From an uncultured Oscillospiraceae bacterium (GTDB lineage: Bacteria > Bacillota > Clostridia > Peptostreptococcales > Anaerovoracaceae), in NCBI GenBank assembly GCA_964486295.1, contig CAZAMF010000011.1, forward strand, positions 494-64,493: a DNA stretch of 64,000 nucleotides, written 5' to 3'. Positions 20,492 through 31,380 of this stretch are shown in pieces. Each line of letters opens with the position of its first letter. Positions within the stretch are counted from its first letter, which is position 1. The position numbers were made by a program, and so were the translations under genes. The notes beneath the pieces were generated by a model. That model searched no databases and was not told where the DNA came from. It worked only from the letters and a program-made list of their open reading frames with translations.

Positions 20492-22489
20492 ATGGACAAA
20501 ACATCTAACAGAACAAAAAAGAGACTGATTGCAGCCTTCGCTATCGTATGCCTGATGATCTCCGCACTGGGATTCAGAGTGGGTTGGGTTCAGATCGTAA
20601 GGGGAGAAGAATATGCCAAGATGGCCACCGGGCAGCAGACAAGAGATGTGTCGATTGCCGCGAAGAGGGGCGCCATTTATGATCGGAACGGAGAAGAACT
20701 GGCCATCAGCGCTGCGACGTTCTCAGTCTGGATCCGGCCGGAAAAGGTCTGGAAAGGCGACAATAAGGATGAAAAGGAGCAGAATGCAGAAAAGGTATTC
20801 AAGGCATTGTCAGAGAATTTGAACATGACTGTGGATGTGATCCGTGAAGCGGCTTCCAAGGACTCGAAGCTCATTAAAATTGCCAAATATCAGACAAAAG
20901 ATACGGCGGACAAGATATCGGGACTGGGATTGTCCGGCGTCGAAATTACGGAAGAAGTCAAACGTTATTATCCTTTGGGGGCCTTTGCCAGCCATCTGCT
21001 CGGCAGCGTTACGGATGACAATACCGGCCTTTCAGGAATTGAACTCGAATATGACAGTCTGCTCAGCGGGGTTTCCGGACGCTGGATCAAAAGTGCCGAT
21101 GTGGAGGGCAATGGCCTCGCATATGGTGTCGAGAAATATTTCGGCGCTGAAAACGGCTTGAATCTGGTTCTGACCATTGATTCGGTCATTCAGTATTACG
21201 CTGAAAAATCAATTGCAGATGTAAAAGAGACAACGGGTGCCGATCGGGTGTGGTGCCTGATGATGGATCCAAAAACAGGTGGAATACTGGCAATGGCAGC
21301 AACACCGGAATTTGATCCTAATGACGCCAGAACCCCTCTTGATCCTCAGGAAGCGGCAACCCTTGCGACTATGTCCAATGGGGATAAAATGAAATTCTGG
21401 AATCAAATGTGGAGAAACTCGATGGTCAGTGATACGTACGAACCCGGATCCACATTTAAACTGATCACCACCGCTGTCGGGCTTGAAGAAGGCGTAACCT
21501 CCTTAAACGATTCATTCGTATGTACCGGTTCGATCGACGTCTATGACACAACACTAAGATGCTGGAGATATCAGGAACCTCACGGACGCGAGACTCTGGT
21601 ACAGGCTGTCGGGAATTCCTGCAACCCGGTGCTGGTGCAGATCGCTCAAAGGATCGGCGAAGAAAAATATTATGAGTATCTTGATCTTTTCGGGTTTTCG
21701 GAAAAGACCGGCATTGATTTCCCGGGAGAAAGCTCATCCATTCTACAGTCGCGCAACGGCGCGAACCCGGTAGGTCTGGCTACCATGGCTTATGGCCAGG
21801 GTATCGCTGTGACACCGGTTCAGATTCTGTCAGCAGTTTGCGCTTTCGGAAACGGCGGGCAGATGATGCAGCCTCACTTGGTCAGTGCACTGACGGATTC
21901 ACAGGGAAAGGTTGTAAAATCTTTCGATCCTAAGATCGTCAGAAGGGTCGTCTCCGAGCAAACCGCGGAAGAAATGTGCTTTATTATGGAGTCTGTCGTT
22001 TCTGAAGGCGGTGGCGGAAAGGCAAAAGTAGACGGGTACAGAGTAGGCGGGAAAACCGGAACGGCCCAAAAGGCCCAGGGCGGCGGCTACAGCAATGAAA
22101 CCTATTCATCCTTTATCGGCATGGCGCCTATGAATGACCCGAAGGTGGCTATATTGCTGGTGGTGGATAATCCGAAAGGCGTGAAATATGGCAGCATCAC
22201 GGCAGCGCCGGGTGCCCAGAAAATTCTTGCGCAGACACTCCGGTATCTGAATGTTGAACCGGAATTCACCCAGGAAGAATTGAGCGCCCTGAAAAGCAAT
22301 ACCGTCACTGTGCCGAATCTTGCGGGACACAGCATCGATAATGCTATAGGCATTCTCGGCGGACTGTCGCTTGGAGCGACAGTGTCTCCGACGCTGGAAA
22401 CCGTAGAAGACGTAATGGTCGTAGATCAGTATCCGAAGCCGGGGGAAAGCATAAAAAAAGGTGAAAATGTTTATTTATACTGGGAATAA
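20492..22489 (+). CDS. Class B penicillin-binding protein (FtsI/PBP2B/SpoVD family) with C-terminal PASTA domain
   Basis: 665 aa with TM anchor. Transpeptidase motifs STFK, SCN (SxN) and KTGT. PASTA-like tail VTVPNLAGHSIDNA..VVDQYPKPG. Confidence 0.92.
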   Translation: MDKTSNRTKKRLIAAFAIVCLMISALGFRVGWVQIVRGEEYAKMATGQQTRDVSIAAKRGAIYDRNGEELAISAATFSVWIRPEKVWKGDNKDEKEQNAEKVFKALSENLNMTVDVIREAASKDSKLIKIAKYQTKDTADKISGLGLSGVEITEEVKRYYPLGAFASHLLGSVTDDNTGLSGIELEYDSLLSGVSGRWIKSADVEGNGLAYGVEKYFGAENGLNLVLTIDSVIQYYAEKSIADVKETTGADRVWCLMMDPKTGGILAMAATPEFDPNDARTPLDPQEAATLATMSNGDKMKFWNQMWRNSMVSDTYEPGSTFKLITTAVGLEEGVTSLNDSFVCTGSIDVYDTTLRCWRYQEPHGRETLVQAVGNSCNPVLVQIAQRIGEEKYYEYLDLFGFSEKTGIDFPGESSSILQSRNGANPVGLATMAYGQGIAVTPVQILSAVCAFGNGGQMMQPHLVSALTDSQGKVVKSFDPKIVRRVVSEQTAEEMCFIMESVVSEGGGGKAKVDGYRVGGKTGTAQKAQGGGYSNETYSSFIGMAPMNDPKVAILLVVDNPKGVKYGSITAAPGAQKILAQTLRYLNVEPEFTQEELSALKSNTVTVPNLAGHSIDNAIGILGGLSLGATVSPTLETVEDVMVVDQYPKPGESIKKGENVYLYWE

Positions 22490-22512
22490 ATCAGAAGAGT
22501 GCAGGTGAAAAC

Positions 22513-23880
22513 ATGAAAGAACTCAAATTGAAAGAAATCGCATCAGCTGTCGATGGTAATATACTGAAAGGCAATGGTGATTATATCATCACCGGAGTAT
22601 CCACCGACTCAAGAAATGTGCATCCCGCCGATCTTTTCGTAGCGCTTATCGGGGAAAAACACGATGCCAATAAATTTGTGCCTCAAGCGGCAGAAAATGG
22701 GTGTAAAGCATGTCTGATAAGCAATCCCGCGGCGGCTGAACCCGTTGAAAACGCAATTTTGGTCGAAAACACGACCACGGCGCTCCAGAAACTGGCGAAA
22801 TATTACCTGACCTTGTTCCCCATCAAAAAAATTGCTGTAACCGGAAGCACTGGCAAAACCACAACGAAGGATATGATCCATGCTGTGGCATCCGTCAGAT
22901 TCAAAAGCGCAAAAACACAAGGCAACTTCAATAATAATATCGGCTTACCGCTAACCATCCTCTCCATAGAAGACGGCACAGAGGTTGGCGTATTTGAGAT
23001 GGGTATGGATAAGCCCGGTGAAATTGATGAACTGGTGGAAATCGTCCGCCCTGATATCGGCGTCATTACGAATATAGGATTATCGCACATTGAGCGTCTC
23101 GGCAGCAGAGAAAACATCTTCAAAGCGAAGATGGAAATAGTGAACTATTTCGGGCCGGACCAAGTGCTGATCATATGTGATGACAACGATCTTCTGACGA
23201 GAAATACAGCATCGGGCGATTACAGGCTGGTCACCATCGGTACAAACGGAAAAAGCAGCTATATTGTTTACAACATAAAAGACAATGAAGAAAACGGACT
23301 CACGTTTGATTTAGAACATGAGCAGAAACTGCATCATGTCACGCTCCCGGTACCGGGAAGGCATAATGCTTTGAACGCTTCCCTTGCCATCGCCTGTGGC
23401 GTCGAACTGGGGATCCCGATGGAAGAGGCTATAGCGGGTCTCACAAAAATCTCACTGACAGAAAAGAGACTCAGTACCATCAACAAAAGCGGGATCAAGG
23501 TGATTGATGATTCATATAACGCGAGCCCCGATTCGATGAGGGCGGCTATTGATGTCCTGGCTTCCAGGAAAGGTTTGAGAAAAGTCGCTGTTCTTGGGGA
23601 TATGTTTGAGCTCGGCCCGGACAGCCCTGAATACCATAGACAGGTGGGGGAATATGCCGCCAATGCCGGCGTTGATTTAGTTGTAACTATAGGAGATTTG
23701 TCATATAATACAATGTTAGGGGCTAAAAGAATTTTAGGCCCTAATAAGACCCTCCATTTTAACAATAGAGAAGAATTCATAGTCAAATTAAAAGACATCA
23801 TCCGGGTAGGGGATGTTATTCTGATAAAAGGGTCCAGAGCTATGAAAATGGATGAGATCACAAAAGAAATTCTTAAATAA
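22513..23880 (+). CDS. murF: UDP-N-acetylmuramoyl-tripeptide--D-alanyl-D-alanine ligase
   Basis: Mur ligase P-loop GSTGKTTTKD. C-terminal domain DDSYNASPDSM is typical of MurF. Confidence 0.92.
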   Translation: MKELKLKEIASAVDGNILKGNGDYIITGVSTDSRNVHPADLFVALIGEKHDANKFVPQAAENGCKACLISNPAAAEPVENAILVENTTTALQKLAKYYLTLFPIKKIAVTGSTGKTTTKDMIHAVASVRFKSAKTQGNFNNNIGLPLTILSIEDGTEVGVFEMGMDKPGEIDELVEIVRPDIGVITNIGLSHIERLGSRENIFKAKMEIVNYFGPDQVLIICDDNDLLTRNTASGDYRLVTIGTNGKSSYIVYNIKDNEENGLTFDLEHEQKLHHVTLPVPGRHNALNASLAIACGVELGIPMEEAIAGLTKISLTEKRLSTINKSGIKVIDDSYNASPDSMRAAIDVLASRKGLRKVAVLGDMFELGPDSPEYHRQVGEYAANAGVDLVVTIGDLSYNTMLGAKRILGPNKTLHFNNREEFIVKLKDIIRVGDVILIKGSRAMKMDEITKEILK

Positions 23881-23893
23881 GGAGCAGTAGTAA

Positions 23894-24850
23894 ATGGATT
23901 ATTTACAAATTGCACTCCTGCTGGCGTTAACTTTTATATTGAGCACGATCGCAACTTCACTCGAGATACCGATTTTGCGTCGCAAACGGGCCGGACAAAA
24001 TATACGTGAAGAAGGGCCGGAATCCCACTTGAAAAAGGCCGGCACCCCCAGCATGGGAGGCATATCGATCATCCTTGCGACTCTGATCACATGCGCGGTC
24101 ACCAGACAATTTTCACCCGAGACATTTATAACCGGCTTTTCATTTATAGCATTCGGGCTGATCGGGTTTGCCGACGACTATATCAAAATTATTCGCCATA
24201 ACAATCTCGGATTAAGAGCCTGGCAGAAGATGGCGCTTCAGATCATCTTCGCAGCAGTGCTCTCCATCCTGATCACGAAATCACCGGAACACGGAACAGA
24301 TGTTATGGTCCCTTTTACCGGCGAATTTTTTGATTTAGGCGGTTTGTACATCCCGTTTTCAATTTTTGTAACAGTCGCTATTGTAAACAGTGTGAATCTG
24401 ACTGACGGGCTTGATGGACTGGCTTCCGGGGTCACGGCTGTAGTCGCTGTGTTTTTTGCTATTGCCGGCGTTATTTTGGGCATGGTGACCGAAGCTTCCT
24501 TTGCAGCCTGCATGGCAGGCGCATGTCTGGGCTTTTTAGTGTTCAACAGGCATCCGGCCAAGGTGTTTATGGGGGATACCGGTTCGCTTGCTTTGGGGGG
24601 CGGTCTGGCGGCTATCGCCGCAACAATGAATATGGAGCTTTTTCTACCCATCGCGGGATTTGTCTATGTAGCCGAAGCTTTGTCGGTATTGATCCAGGTG
24701 GCAAGCTTCAAATTAACAGGGAAAAGAGTGTTCAAAATGGCTCCGTTACATCATCATTTTGAACTATGCGGTCTGAAAGAAACAAGAGTCGTCGCGGTAT
24801 TCTGGGCAGCTGCCCTGATATTCTCCGCAGTCGGAATAGGAGCATTATAA
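23894..24850 (+). CDS. mraY: Phospho-N-acetylmuramoyl-pentapeptide transferase
   Basis: Polytopic. Motifs NLTDGLDGLA, MGDTGSLALGG and PLHHHFE. Confidence 0.96.
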   Translation: MDYLQIALLLALTFILSTIATSLEIPILRRKRAGQNIREEGPESHLKKAGTPSMGGISIILATLITCAVTRQFSPETFITGFSFIAFGLIGFADDYIKIIRHNNLGLRAWQKMALQIIFAAVLSILITKSPEHGTDVMVPFTGEFFDLGGLYIPFSIFVTVAIVNSVNLTDGLDGLASGVTAVVAVFFAIAGVILGMVTEASFAACMAGACLGFLVFNRHPAKVFMGDTGSLALGGGLAAIAATMNMELFLPIAGFVYVAEALSVLIQVASFKLTGKRVFKMAPLHHHFELCGLKETRVVAVFWAAALIFSAVGIGAL

Positions 24851-24851
24851 T

Positions 24852-26219
24852 ATGAGAAAAGAAATTATCGGGAAAAAAGTTCTTATAGTCGGAATGGGCA
24901 GATCAGGGATTGCAGCAACTCAGGCTCTGCTGAAACTGGGAGCGAAGGTTTCCGTTCAGGACTCCAAACATGCGGAGGATTTTGATCAGCAATTCATTAG
25001 ATTCCTTAACAATCTGGATGTAAAATGCTATTTTGGAACTACACCGGGACCGGAAGACCAGTTTGATATGCTGGTTCTTTCTCCGGGGGTACCGCCAAAC
25101 CTGGATTTTATCAATGAAGCAAAAGCAAAGGGATCAGAGATCGTAGGCGAACTGGAAATAGCCTATCGCATCGGGAACGGGAAATATATTGCCATCACAG
25201 GCACGAACGGAAAAACCACTACAACGACTCTGGTAGGAGAAATCTTTAAAAATGCGTGTCGTAGAACTTATGTTGTCGGGAATATCGGAGTTGCTGTGAT
25301 CGGAAGCGCTCTCATCGCAGAACGGGATGCATGGATGATTACGGAAGTGTCGAGTTTTCAGCTTGAAACCACGACATTTTTCAAACCCTTTGTCTCTGCC
25401 ATACTGAATCTGACCCAGGATCATATGGACCGCCATCGTGACATGGAGAACTACGGAAAGGCAAAAGCGCGGATCTTTAAGAACCAGGATGAAAATGATT
25501 ATGTGGTAGTCAATTACGACGATAAAGCCTGCTTTGCCCTGGCAGCGGGAGCAAAAGCCAGAGTTGTTCCTTTCAGCAGACTGGAGGAATTGGAATTCGG
25601 ATGTTACGTAAAAGATGGCGCGATCTGCATCAATGACGGTGTCAATCAGCCTGTTACCATCTGCCAGACGTCCCAGCTGATCATCCCGGGTGCACACAAT
25701 GTGGAGAATGCCCTGGCGGCCGCAGCCATCTCCTATTTTGCAGGTGTGGATAGTGCCGTAATAGGGGAGACTCTGCGTTCATTTCAAGGTGTAGAACATC
25801 GTCTGGAGTTTGTTGAGGAAATTGACGGTATTCGTTTCGTGAATGATTCCAAAGGGACAAATCCCGACTCCTCGATCAAGGCGATCGAGGCAATAAAAGG
25901 AAATATCATTCTGATTGCCGGAGGCTATGACAAGGGGAGCGATTTCGACAATCTGATCAAGTCTTTTGATGGAAAAGTAAAAGCAATGGTGCTTCTCGGT
26001 AAAACGGCGCCAAAGATAAAAGAAACGGCGGAGAGACTTGGATTTACTGACATCAGGATGGCAAAGGACATGGATGAAAGCGTCAAGATCGCTTACAGCC
26101 TCGCCGCTTCCGGTGATACGGTCCTGCTGTCGCCTGCCTGCGCAAGCTGGGATATGTATACCTGCTTTGAGCAGCGCGGTGAACATTTTAAGAACCTGGT
26201 TCACAAACTGGCTAACTGA
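24852..26219 (+). CDS. murD: UDP-N-acetylmuramoylalanine--D-glutamate ligase
   Basis: N-terminal Rossmann GMGRSG and P-loop GTNGKTTTTTL. dcw context. Confidence 0.94.
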   Translation: MRKEIIGKKVLIVGMGRSGIAATQALLKLGAKVSVQDSKHAEDFDQQFIRFLNNLDVKCYFGTTPGPEDQFDMLVLSPGVPPNLDFINEAKAKGSEIVGELEIAYRIGNGKYIAITGTNGKTTTTTLVGEIFKNACRRTYVVGNIGVAVIGSALIAERDAWMITEVSSFQLETTTFFKPFVSAILNLTQDHMDRHRDMENYGKAKARIFKNQDENDYVVVNYDDKACFALAAGAKARVVPFSRLEELEFGCYVKDGAICINDGVNQPVTICQTSQLIIPGAHNVENALAAAAISYFAGVDSAVIGETLRSFQGVEHRLEFVEEIDGIRFVNDSKGTNPDSSIKAIEAIKGNIILIAGGYDKGSDFDNLIKSFDGKVKAMVLLGKTAPKIKETAERLGFTDIRMAKDMDESVKIAYSLAASGDTVLLSPACASWDMYTCFEQRGEHFKNLVHKLAN

Positions 26220-26235
26220 TATTTTGGGATTTGGG

Positions 26236-27423
26236 ATGAAAATTGTTAAGAAAACAAAGGCGACAAAGCCTTTGAATTTAAAAAAATCATTAAGAAATGA
26301 CGGTTTGAAAAGGCGGCCCGGAGATTTTACACTGGTGATCATGACGATGGTCCTGGTCATTTTCGGAGTGATTATGGTGTTCAGCGCCAGCTATTACAGC
26401 GCGCTCAGCGATTACGGCGATCCGTATTATTTTCTGAAGCGGGAAATCGTTTATGCCGGAGTCGGGGTTGTTATTATGCTGGTTGTTGCATCCATCGACT
26501 ATCACTGGTATAAAAAGTTTTCCTGGATGTTTCTCGGTACCAGCGTAATACTGCTTATGCTGGTTTTTACTCCTTTAGGCGTTACGAGGAATAATGCGAC
26601 CCGGTGGATCGGCATTGGAAATCTGACCTTGATGCCGGGAGAACTGGCTAAGCTATGCGCCATTCTCTTTGTGGCGTTTTATCTGAGCAGCGATCCGTCA
26701 AGGATCCGATCCTTCAAATCAGGAGTCATGCCGCTGGTAGGAATCGGCGCCGTTTATTTTGGGCTGATCTACATGCAACCCAATCTTTCTACGGCTATTA
26801 CCGTATTTATGATTATCGTCGGCATGCTGTTCGTGTCCGGAGCAAAAATTTGGCATCTGATCTCCGTCGGCGGTGCGGGCGTCCTTGCAGGCCTGTTTGC
26901 TATATTCGTTGATCCGGATGGTGCCTATCGTCTTGCCCGGGTGACCAGTTTCCTGGATCCGTTTGCAGATCCATTGGGGACGGGATATCAGGTTGTCCAG
27001 TCATTATACGCACTGGGCTCCGGAGGGCTGCTCGGCGTAGGCTTGGGGAAAAGCATACAGAAAAATTTATATCTGCCAGAGGCCCACAACGATTTCATAC
27101 TGGCTATCATCGGAGAGGAACTTGGATTCATCGGAATCCTGGCGCTGCTCTGCTGCTATATTTTTCTGATTTGGCGAGGCGCTCATATCGCCATGAATGC
27201 AGGGGATTTGTATGGCACTCTTATTGCTTCCGGGGTAACACTGATGCTTGGCATACAGGTAGCACTTAATGTGGCCACTGTTACATCCAGTATGCCGCCT
27301 ACAGGGATCACTCTCCCCTTCATCAGTTACGGGGGCAACGCATTGTGGCTCTTCATGGGTTCCATCGGGCTTCTGATCAGCGTATCGCGATATTCCCAAA
27401 ACAGCAGACTGAAGAATTTATAG
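26236..27423 (+). CDS. ftsW: SEDS peptidoglycan glycosyltransferase FtsW/SpoVE
   Basis: Start set at ATG 26236 (MKIVKK) after the murD stop. SEDS motifs PGELAKL, LPEAHNDFI and PFISYGG. Confidence 0.92.
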   Translation: MKIVKKTKATKPLNLKKSLRNDGLKRRPGDFTLVIMTMVLVIFGVIMVFSASYYSALSDYGDPYYFLKREIVYAGVGVVIMLVVASIDYHWYKKFSWMFLGTSVILLMLVFTPLGVTRNNATRWIGIGNLTLMPGELAKLCAILFVAFYLSSDPSRIRSFKSGVMPLVGIGAVYFGLIYMQPNLSTAITVFMIIVGMLFVSGAKIWHLISVGGAGVLAGLFAIFVDPDGAYRLARVTSFLDPFADPLGTGYQVVQSLYALGSGGLLGVGLGKSIQKNLYLPEAHNDFILAIIGEELGFIGILALLCCYIFLIWRGAHIAMNAGDLYGTLIASGVTLMLGIQVALNVATVTSSMPPTGITLPFISYGGNALWLFMGSIGLLISVSRYSQNSRLKNL

Positions 27424-27438
27424 ACCGGAGATCTGAAT

Positions 27439-28542
27439 ATGAAGATTATTATGACATGCGGAGGTACCGGGGGGCATATATATCCCGCCATTGCCATCGC
27501 AGATAAAATCAAAGAAATGAGCCCTGATGCCGAGATCCTTTTCATAGGAACCGGAAGGCCGCTTGAGAAGCAGCTGATCCCTTCGGCGGGATATCAGCTG
27601 GTCTTTATAACGGCCAGCGGCTTCAACAGAAAAAACCTCCTGAAAAACTTCCGGACCTTTTTTGATGTGATAAAGGGCAGCAGGGAAGCGGCTGAAATCA
27701 TCAGAGAGTTTTGCCCTGACGCTGTGATCGGCACGGGAGGCTATGTTTGCGGACCTGTGATCTTCGAGGCTCACCGGGCCGGGATCAAGACCTATCTGCA
27801 TGAGCAGAATGCCGCTCCGGGTATGACAAATAAATTGCTTGAGCCGATTGTAGACAGAGTTTTCCTCGGATTTCAGGCTGCGGCGCAGGCTTTCAGAAAC
27901 AAAGGCAAATTGATCGTAAGCGGAAACCCGGTCAGGAAGACATTTGGCACCCAAAACAAAAACTCGGCCCGGGAACAACTTGGGATCGATCCGAATTCAT
28001 TCGTGATCCTGGCCTTCGGCGGCAGCCAGGGGGCCGGCATGATCAACAAAGTCATGCTGGAATCCATGCCTATGATTGCAGGGATGGAGCATACGATTGT
28101 CTTTTTCGGAACCGGGGATAAATATTATGACGCTGTGATGGCTGATCTTAACGAAATGGGGCTGGCAGGCAGGGACAACATTAAGATCATGAGATATATC
28201 AGCAGTATGGAAAGATATCTCGCCGCCGCTGACATCGTTATTTGCAGATCCGGCGCATTGACCGTTGCTGAACTCGCCGTCACAGGAACGCCTGCTGTTC
28301 TGATCCCTTCGCCCAATGTAACCGGCAATCACCAGTTTTTTAATGCCAGAGCGGTTGCCGATCACGGCGGAGCCCTGATCATTGAAGAAAAAGAACTGGA
28401 AACAGTAAGCCTCGGTTCGATCCTGTATGAGCTGTACAAAGATCCACAGAAGCTGGCGCAGATGTCCAAGGATATGAAAAAACTGGGCAACATGGAAGCG
28501 GCCGATGTCATTTACGAAAACCTTGAATTGCCAGAGGTGTAG
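27439..28542 (+). CDS. murG: UDP-GlcNAc:lipid I N-acetylglucosaminyltransferase
   Basis: GGTGGHIYPAIA N-terminal motif and GALTVAEL C-terminal motif. Confidence 0.95.
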   Translation: MKIIMTCGGTGGHIYPAIAIADKIKEMSPDAEILFIGTGRPLEKQLIPSAGYQLVFITASGFNRKNLLKNFRTFFDVIKGSREAAEIIREFCPDAVIGTGGYVCGPVIFEAHRAGIKTYLHEQNAAPGMTNKLLEPIVDRVFLGFQAAAQAFRNKGKLIVSGNPVRKTFGTQNKNSAREQLGIDPNSFVILAFGGSQGAGMINKVMLESMPMIAGMEHTIVFFGTGDKYYDAVMADLNEMGLAGRDNIKIMRYISSMERYLAAADIVICRSGALTVAELAVTGTPAVLIPSPNVTGNHQFFNARAVADHGGALIIEEKELETVSLGSILYELYKDPQKLAQMSKDMKKLGNMEAADVIYENLELPEV

Positions 28543-28545
28543 GCG

Positions 28546-29295
28546 ATGGCAACCAAAAAGGAAAAGAAAAACAGAAAAAGAAAAAAGAAACGCTATTCTC
28601 TTATATTCCTTGGAGCAATAGCTTTTCTCGTATTACTCTATTTATTTTTTAGCTCGAGCCTGTTCAATATTAAATCCATCGAGGTGTCGGGGAACAATTT
28701 TCACACCGCCGGCGAGATAATAAAAATGTCCGGCGCCAAGCTGGGAATGCCGATTTTTAAAATCGACAAGAAGGAAATGATGGAGCCGTTGACAGAAGAT
28801 CCGTATATCAAGGGTGTCGCGATAGGGCGAAAGCTGCCTTCAACCCTGACTATCAAGGTGACAGAACGAAAAGAAGAAGCAGCGGTGGCTTACGGCAATT
28901 CTTTCATCATTATTGATCCGCAGTGCACCGTCCTGAGAAGAGTAGACTCGCAGCCCGAGGTCCCTCTTCTGATCGGGATGACGATCCTCAATATGCAGCC
29001 CGGAGAGACCCTGGAAGTGGAGCAGGTGAATGTGCTTGAAAACACAATGGCTTTACTTCATGCCATGGACAGCAATGATCTCTATTTTAAAAAAATTGAC
29101 ATTTCCGATGTGATCGTAAAAGCCTATATATACGATGGACTGGTTTGCCAGGGGAAACCGGAAAACATCCTGGAGGCGATGAATAACGGGAATCTTGAAG
29201 CGGTTTTGCTGGACCTGATGGATGAGCATATTGAACGCGGAACGATCAGCTTAGGGGGTAACGGATACTGCTCATTCAGCCCCGAGATAATATAA
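28546..29295 (+). CDS. ftsQ: Cell division protein FtsQ/DivIB
   Basis: Basic N-terminus, single TM, POTRA-like IKSIEVSGNNFHTAGEI. Positioned between murG and ftsZ. Confidence 0.8.
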   Translation: MATKKEKKNRKRKKKRYSLIFLGAIAFLVLLYLFFSSSLFNIKSIEVSGNNFHTAGEIIKMSGAKLGMPIFKIDKKEMMEPLTEDPYIKGVAIGRKLPSTLTIKVTERKEEAAVAYGNSFIIIDPQCTVLRRVDSQPEVPLLIGMTILNMQPGETLEVEQVNVLENTMALLHAMDSNDLYFKKIDISDVIVKAYIYDGLVCQGKPENILEAMNNGNLEAVLLDLMDEHIERGTISLGGNGYCSFSPEII

Positions 29296-29390
29296 AAAAC
29301 ACTAAAAACGGTATATATTTTGAACTTTTATTATGCTATAATACCACATATATATAATTTCCCAGGGAAATTTGCAGGAGGGTCTATTTG

Positions 29391-30533
29391 ATGTTACAAT
29401 TCGAAATGAATCAACAGAATGCTGCCAGGATTATGGTGATCGGCGTCGGCGGCGGAGGTTGCAATGCAGTAAACAGGATGATTGAAACAGGAATCAGAGG
29501 TGTTCAGCTGGTTGCTATTAATACTGATAAACAAGCGCTCGGCGGCTCACAGGCTGAGATCAAAATTCAGATCGGCGATAAGCTTACCCGCGGTCTGGGT
29601 GCTGGCGCAAACCCTGAGATCGGTCAGAAGGCGGCCGAAGAGAGCATTGAAGATATCGTTAAAATCATGGAAAATCTGGATATGGTTTTCATTACTGCAG
29701 GCATGGGCGGCGGTACCGGAACAGGCGCGGCACCTATTATTGCGAAAGCAGCCAAAGAACTGGGGATTCTCACTGTGGGAGTCGTCACTAAACCTTTTAC
29801 CTTTGAAGGCAGAAAAAGGATGAACCATGCCGAACTCGGCATCAAGTTCCTCAAGAAATATGTTGATTCTCTTGTTATCGTTCCCAATGACAAGCTTCTG
29901 CAAATTGCCGAGAAAAACACCACGATGCTGGAAGCTTTCGGCATGGCCGATGAAATACTGAAGCAGGGTGTCAGAGGGATATCGGATATCATCGCAGAGG
30001 CCGGTATTATTAACCAGGACTTCGCTGATGTGGATACAGTCATGAGAGATCGCGGTGTTGCCCATATGGGTGTGGGAAGAGGAAAAGGCGATGAACGCGT
30101 CCAGCAGGCTGTAGTTTCCGCAATCGAGAGTCCACTGCTTGAAACATCTATAAACGGAGCAAAGGCAATCCTATTGAACGTCCTCGGAGGCTATGACCTT
30201 GGGATGGTGGAAGTCAATGAAATCGCGGATCAGGTCCAGAAAGCGGCCGATGATGATGCTATCGTCATTTTCGGAGCTTCCGTCAAGGAAGAGCTGAAGG
30301 ATGAAATCATTGTGACGGTTATAGCTACCGGCTTTGATGAAAGACCTTCAGATGCGCTAAATCGTCTTGTATCCGAGACAGAAGAGGATGACTCCGGCGC
30401 AGAAAAAGCCAGCGCAACAGTGCCGGGCCAGATCGACAATCCATATGACAATGTCGGTACCTTTCCGACTATAAAGCCCATCTTTGATATACCGGTATTC
30501 TTAAAAGGTGGTAAAGACGGCAAGGGCATTTAA
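29391..30533 (+). CDS. ftsZ: Cell division GTPase FtsZ
   Basis: Tubulin signature [10 protein letters not shown] and [11 protein letters not shown] 29391 lies 10 nt after AGGAGG (the track's TTG at 29388 is one codon upstream). Confidence 0.97.
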   Translation: MLQFEMNQQNAARIMVIGVGGGGCNAVNRMIETGIRGVQLVAINTDKQALGGSQAEIKIQIGDKLTRGLGAGANPEIGQKAAEESIEDIVKIMENLDMVFITAGMGGGTGTGAAPIIAKAAKELGILTVGVVTKPFTFEGRKRMNHAELGIKFLKKYVDSLVIVPNDKLLQIAEKNTTMLEAFGMADEILKQGVRGISDIIAEAGIINQDFADVDTVMRDRGVAHMGVGRGKGDERVQQAVVSAIESPLLETSINGAKAILLNVLGGYDLGMVEVNEIADQVQKAADDDAIVIFGASVKEELKDEIIVTVIATGFDERPSDALNRLVSETEEDDSGAEKASATVPGQIDNPYDNVGTFPTIKPIFDIPVFLKGGKDGKGI

Positions 30534-30548
30534 AATTATGACTTGTAA

Positions 30549-30576
30549 AAGAGCCGGTTAATACCGGCTCTTTATC
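30549..30576 (+). terminator. Intrinsic terminator after ftsZ
   Basis: GAGCCGGT-taat-ACCGGCTC followed by TTTATCTT. Confidence 0.75.
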
Positions 30577-30600
30577 TTATTATGAAAGAATCTGGAATGC

Positions 30601-31377
30601 ATGGACAATATTGCTTCACAAAATAGCAACTACTATAAATTGGCTAAACAGCTCTCCGTTAAAAAATACAGAGACAAGTCAGGACTGTATCTGATAGAAG
30701 GGGAAAATCTGGTCAGGGAAGCGGCCATCAACGCTGCGGAAATAGAGTTTATCATTGCAAGGAGCGACTACGACAAGGAAAAATTGTTCGCCTTTATGAT
30801 GCCCGGCGACCGGCCGGGCGTAAAAACCTGCACAATGGATGATAAGCTGTTTCAAAACCTTGCCCAGACAGAAAACAGCCAGGGGATCCTGGCGGTGGTG
30901 AAAAAGCCCGCCCAGGGAAGAATCCGACCCAAAGATAATTACGTTGTTCTGGATCGTCTGCAGGATCCGGGCAACATCGGAACGATTATCAGGACTGCCG
31001 ACGCGGCCGGTTATGGCGGCGCAGTGATCATCAAAGGTACAGGCGACGTCTTTGCACCGAAAGTGGTCAGGGCAGCGGCAGGGTCGATATTCAGGCTCCC
31101 GCTGATCATGGTGGAATCGGCTTCCGCCTGCATAGAACTTCTGAAAAGCGCCAATAAAAAAATCGTTGCGACGATCATGGATACAAGTCACTACTACTAT
31201 GAAGAAGATCTGACTGAAAATGTAGCGATCCTGATTGGAAACGAGGGAAACGGTTTAGACCCGGCTTTGATCGGGAATAGCGATGTTAAAATTAAAATAC
31301 CGATGAACGGAAAAATAGATTCCCTCAATGCGTCGGTTGCCGCCGGCATTCTGATGTATGAGGCTATGAGGAGATAA
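30601..31377 (+). CDS. SpoU/TrmH-family RNA 2'-O-methyltransferase
   Basis: 258 aa. Motifs LDRLQDPGNIGTIIRTA, LIGNEGNGL and IPMNGKIDSLNASVAAGILMYE. Confidence 0.88.
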   Translation: MDNIASQNSNYYKLAKQLSVKKYRDKSGLYLIEGENLVREAAINAAEIEFIIARSDYDKEKLFAFMMPGDRPGVKTCTMDDKLFQNLAQTENSQGILAVVKKPAQGRIRPKDNYVVLDRLQDPGNIGTIIRTADAAGYGGAVIIKGTGDVFAPKVVRAAAGSIFRLPLIMVESASACIELLKSANKKIVATIMDTSHYYYEEDLTENVAILIGNEGNGLDPALIGNSDVKIKIPMNGKIDSLNASVAAGILMYEAMRR

Positions 31378-31380
31378 TTT

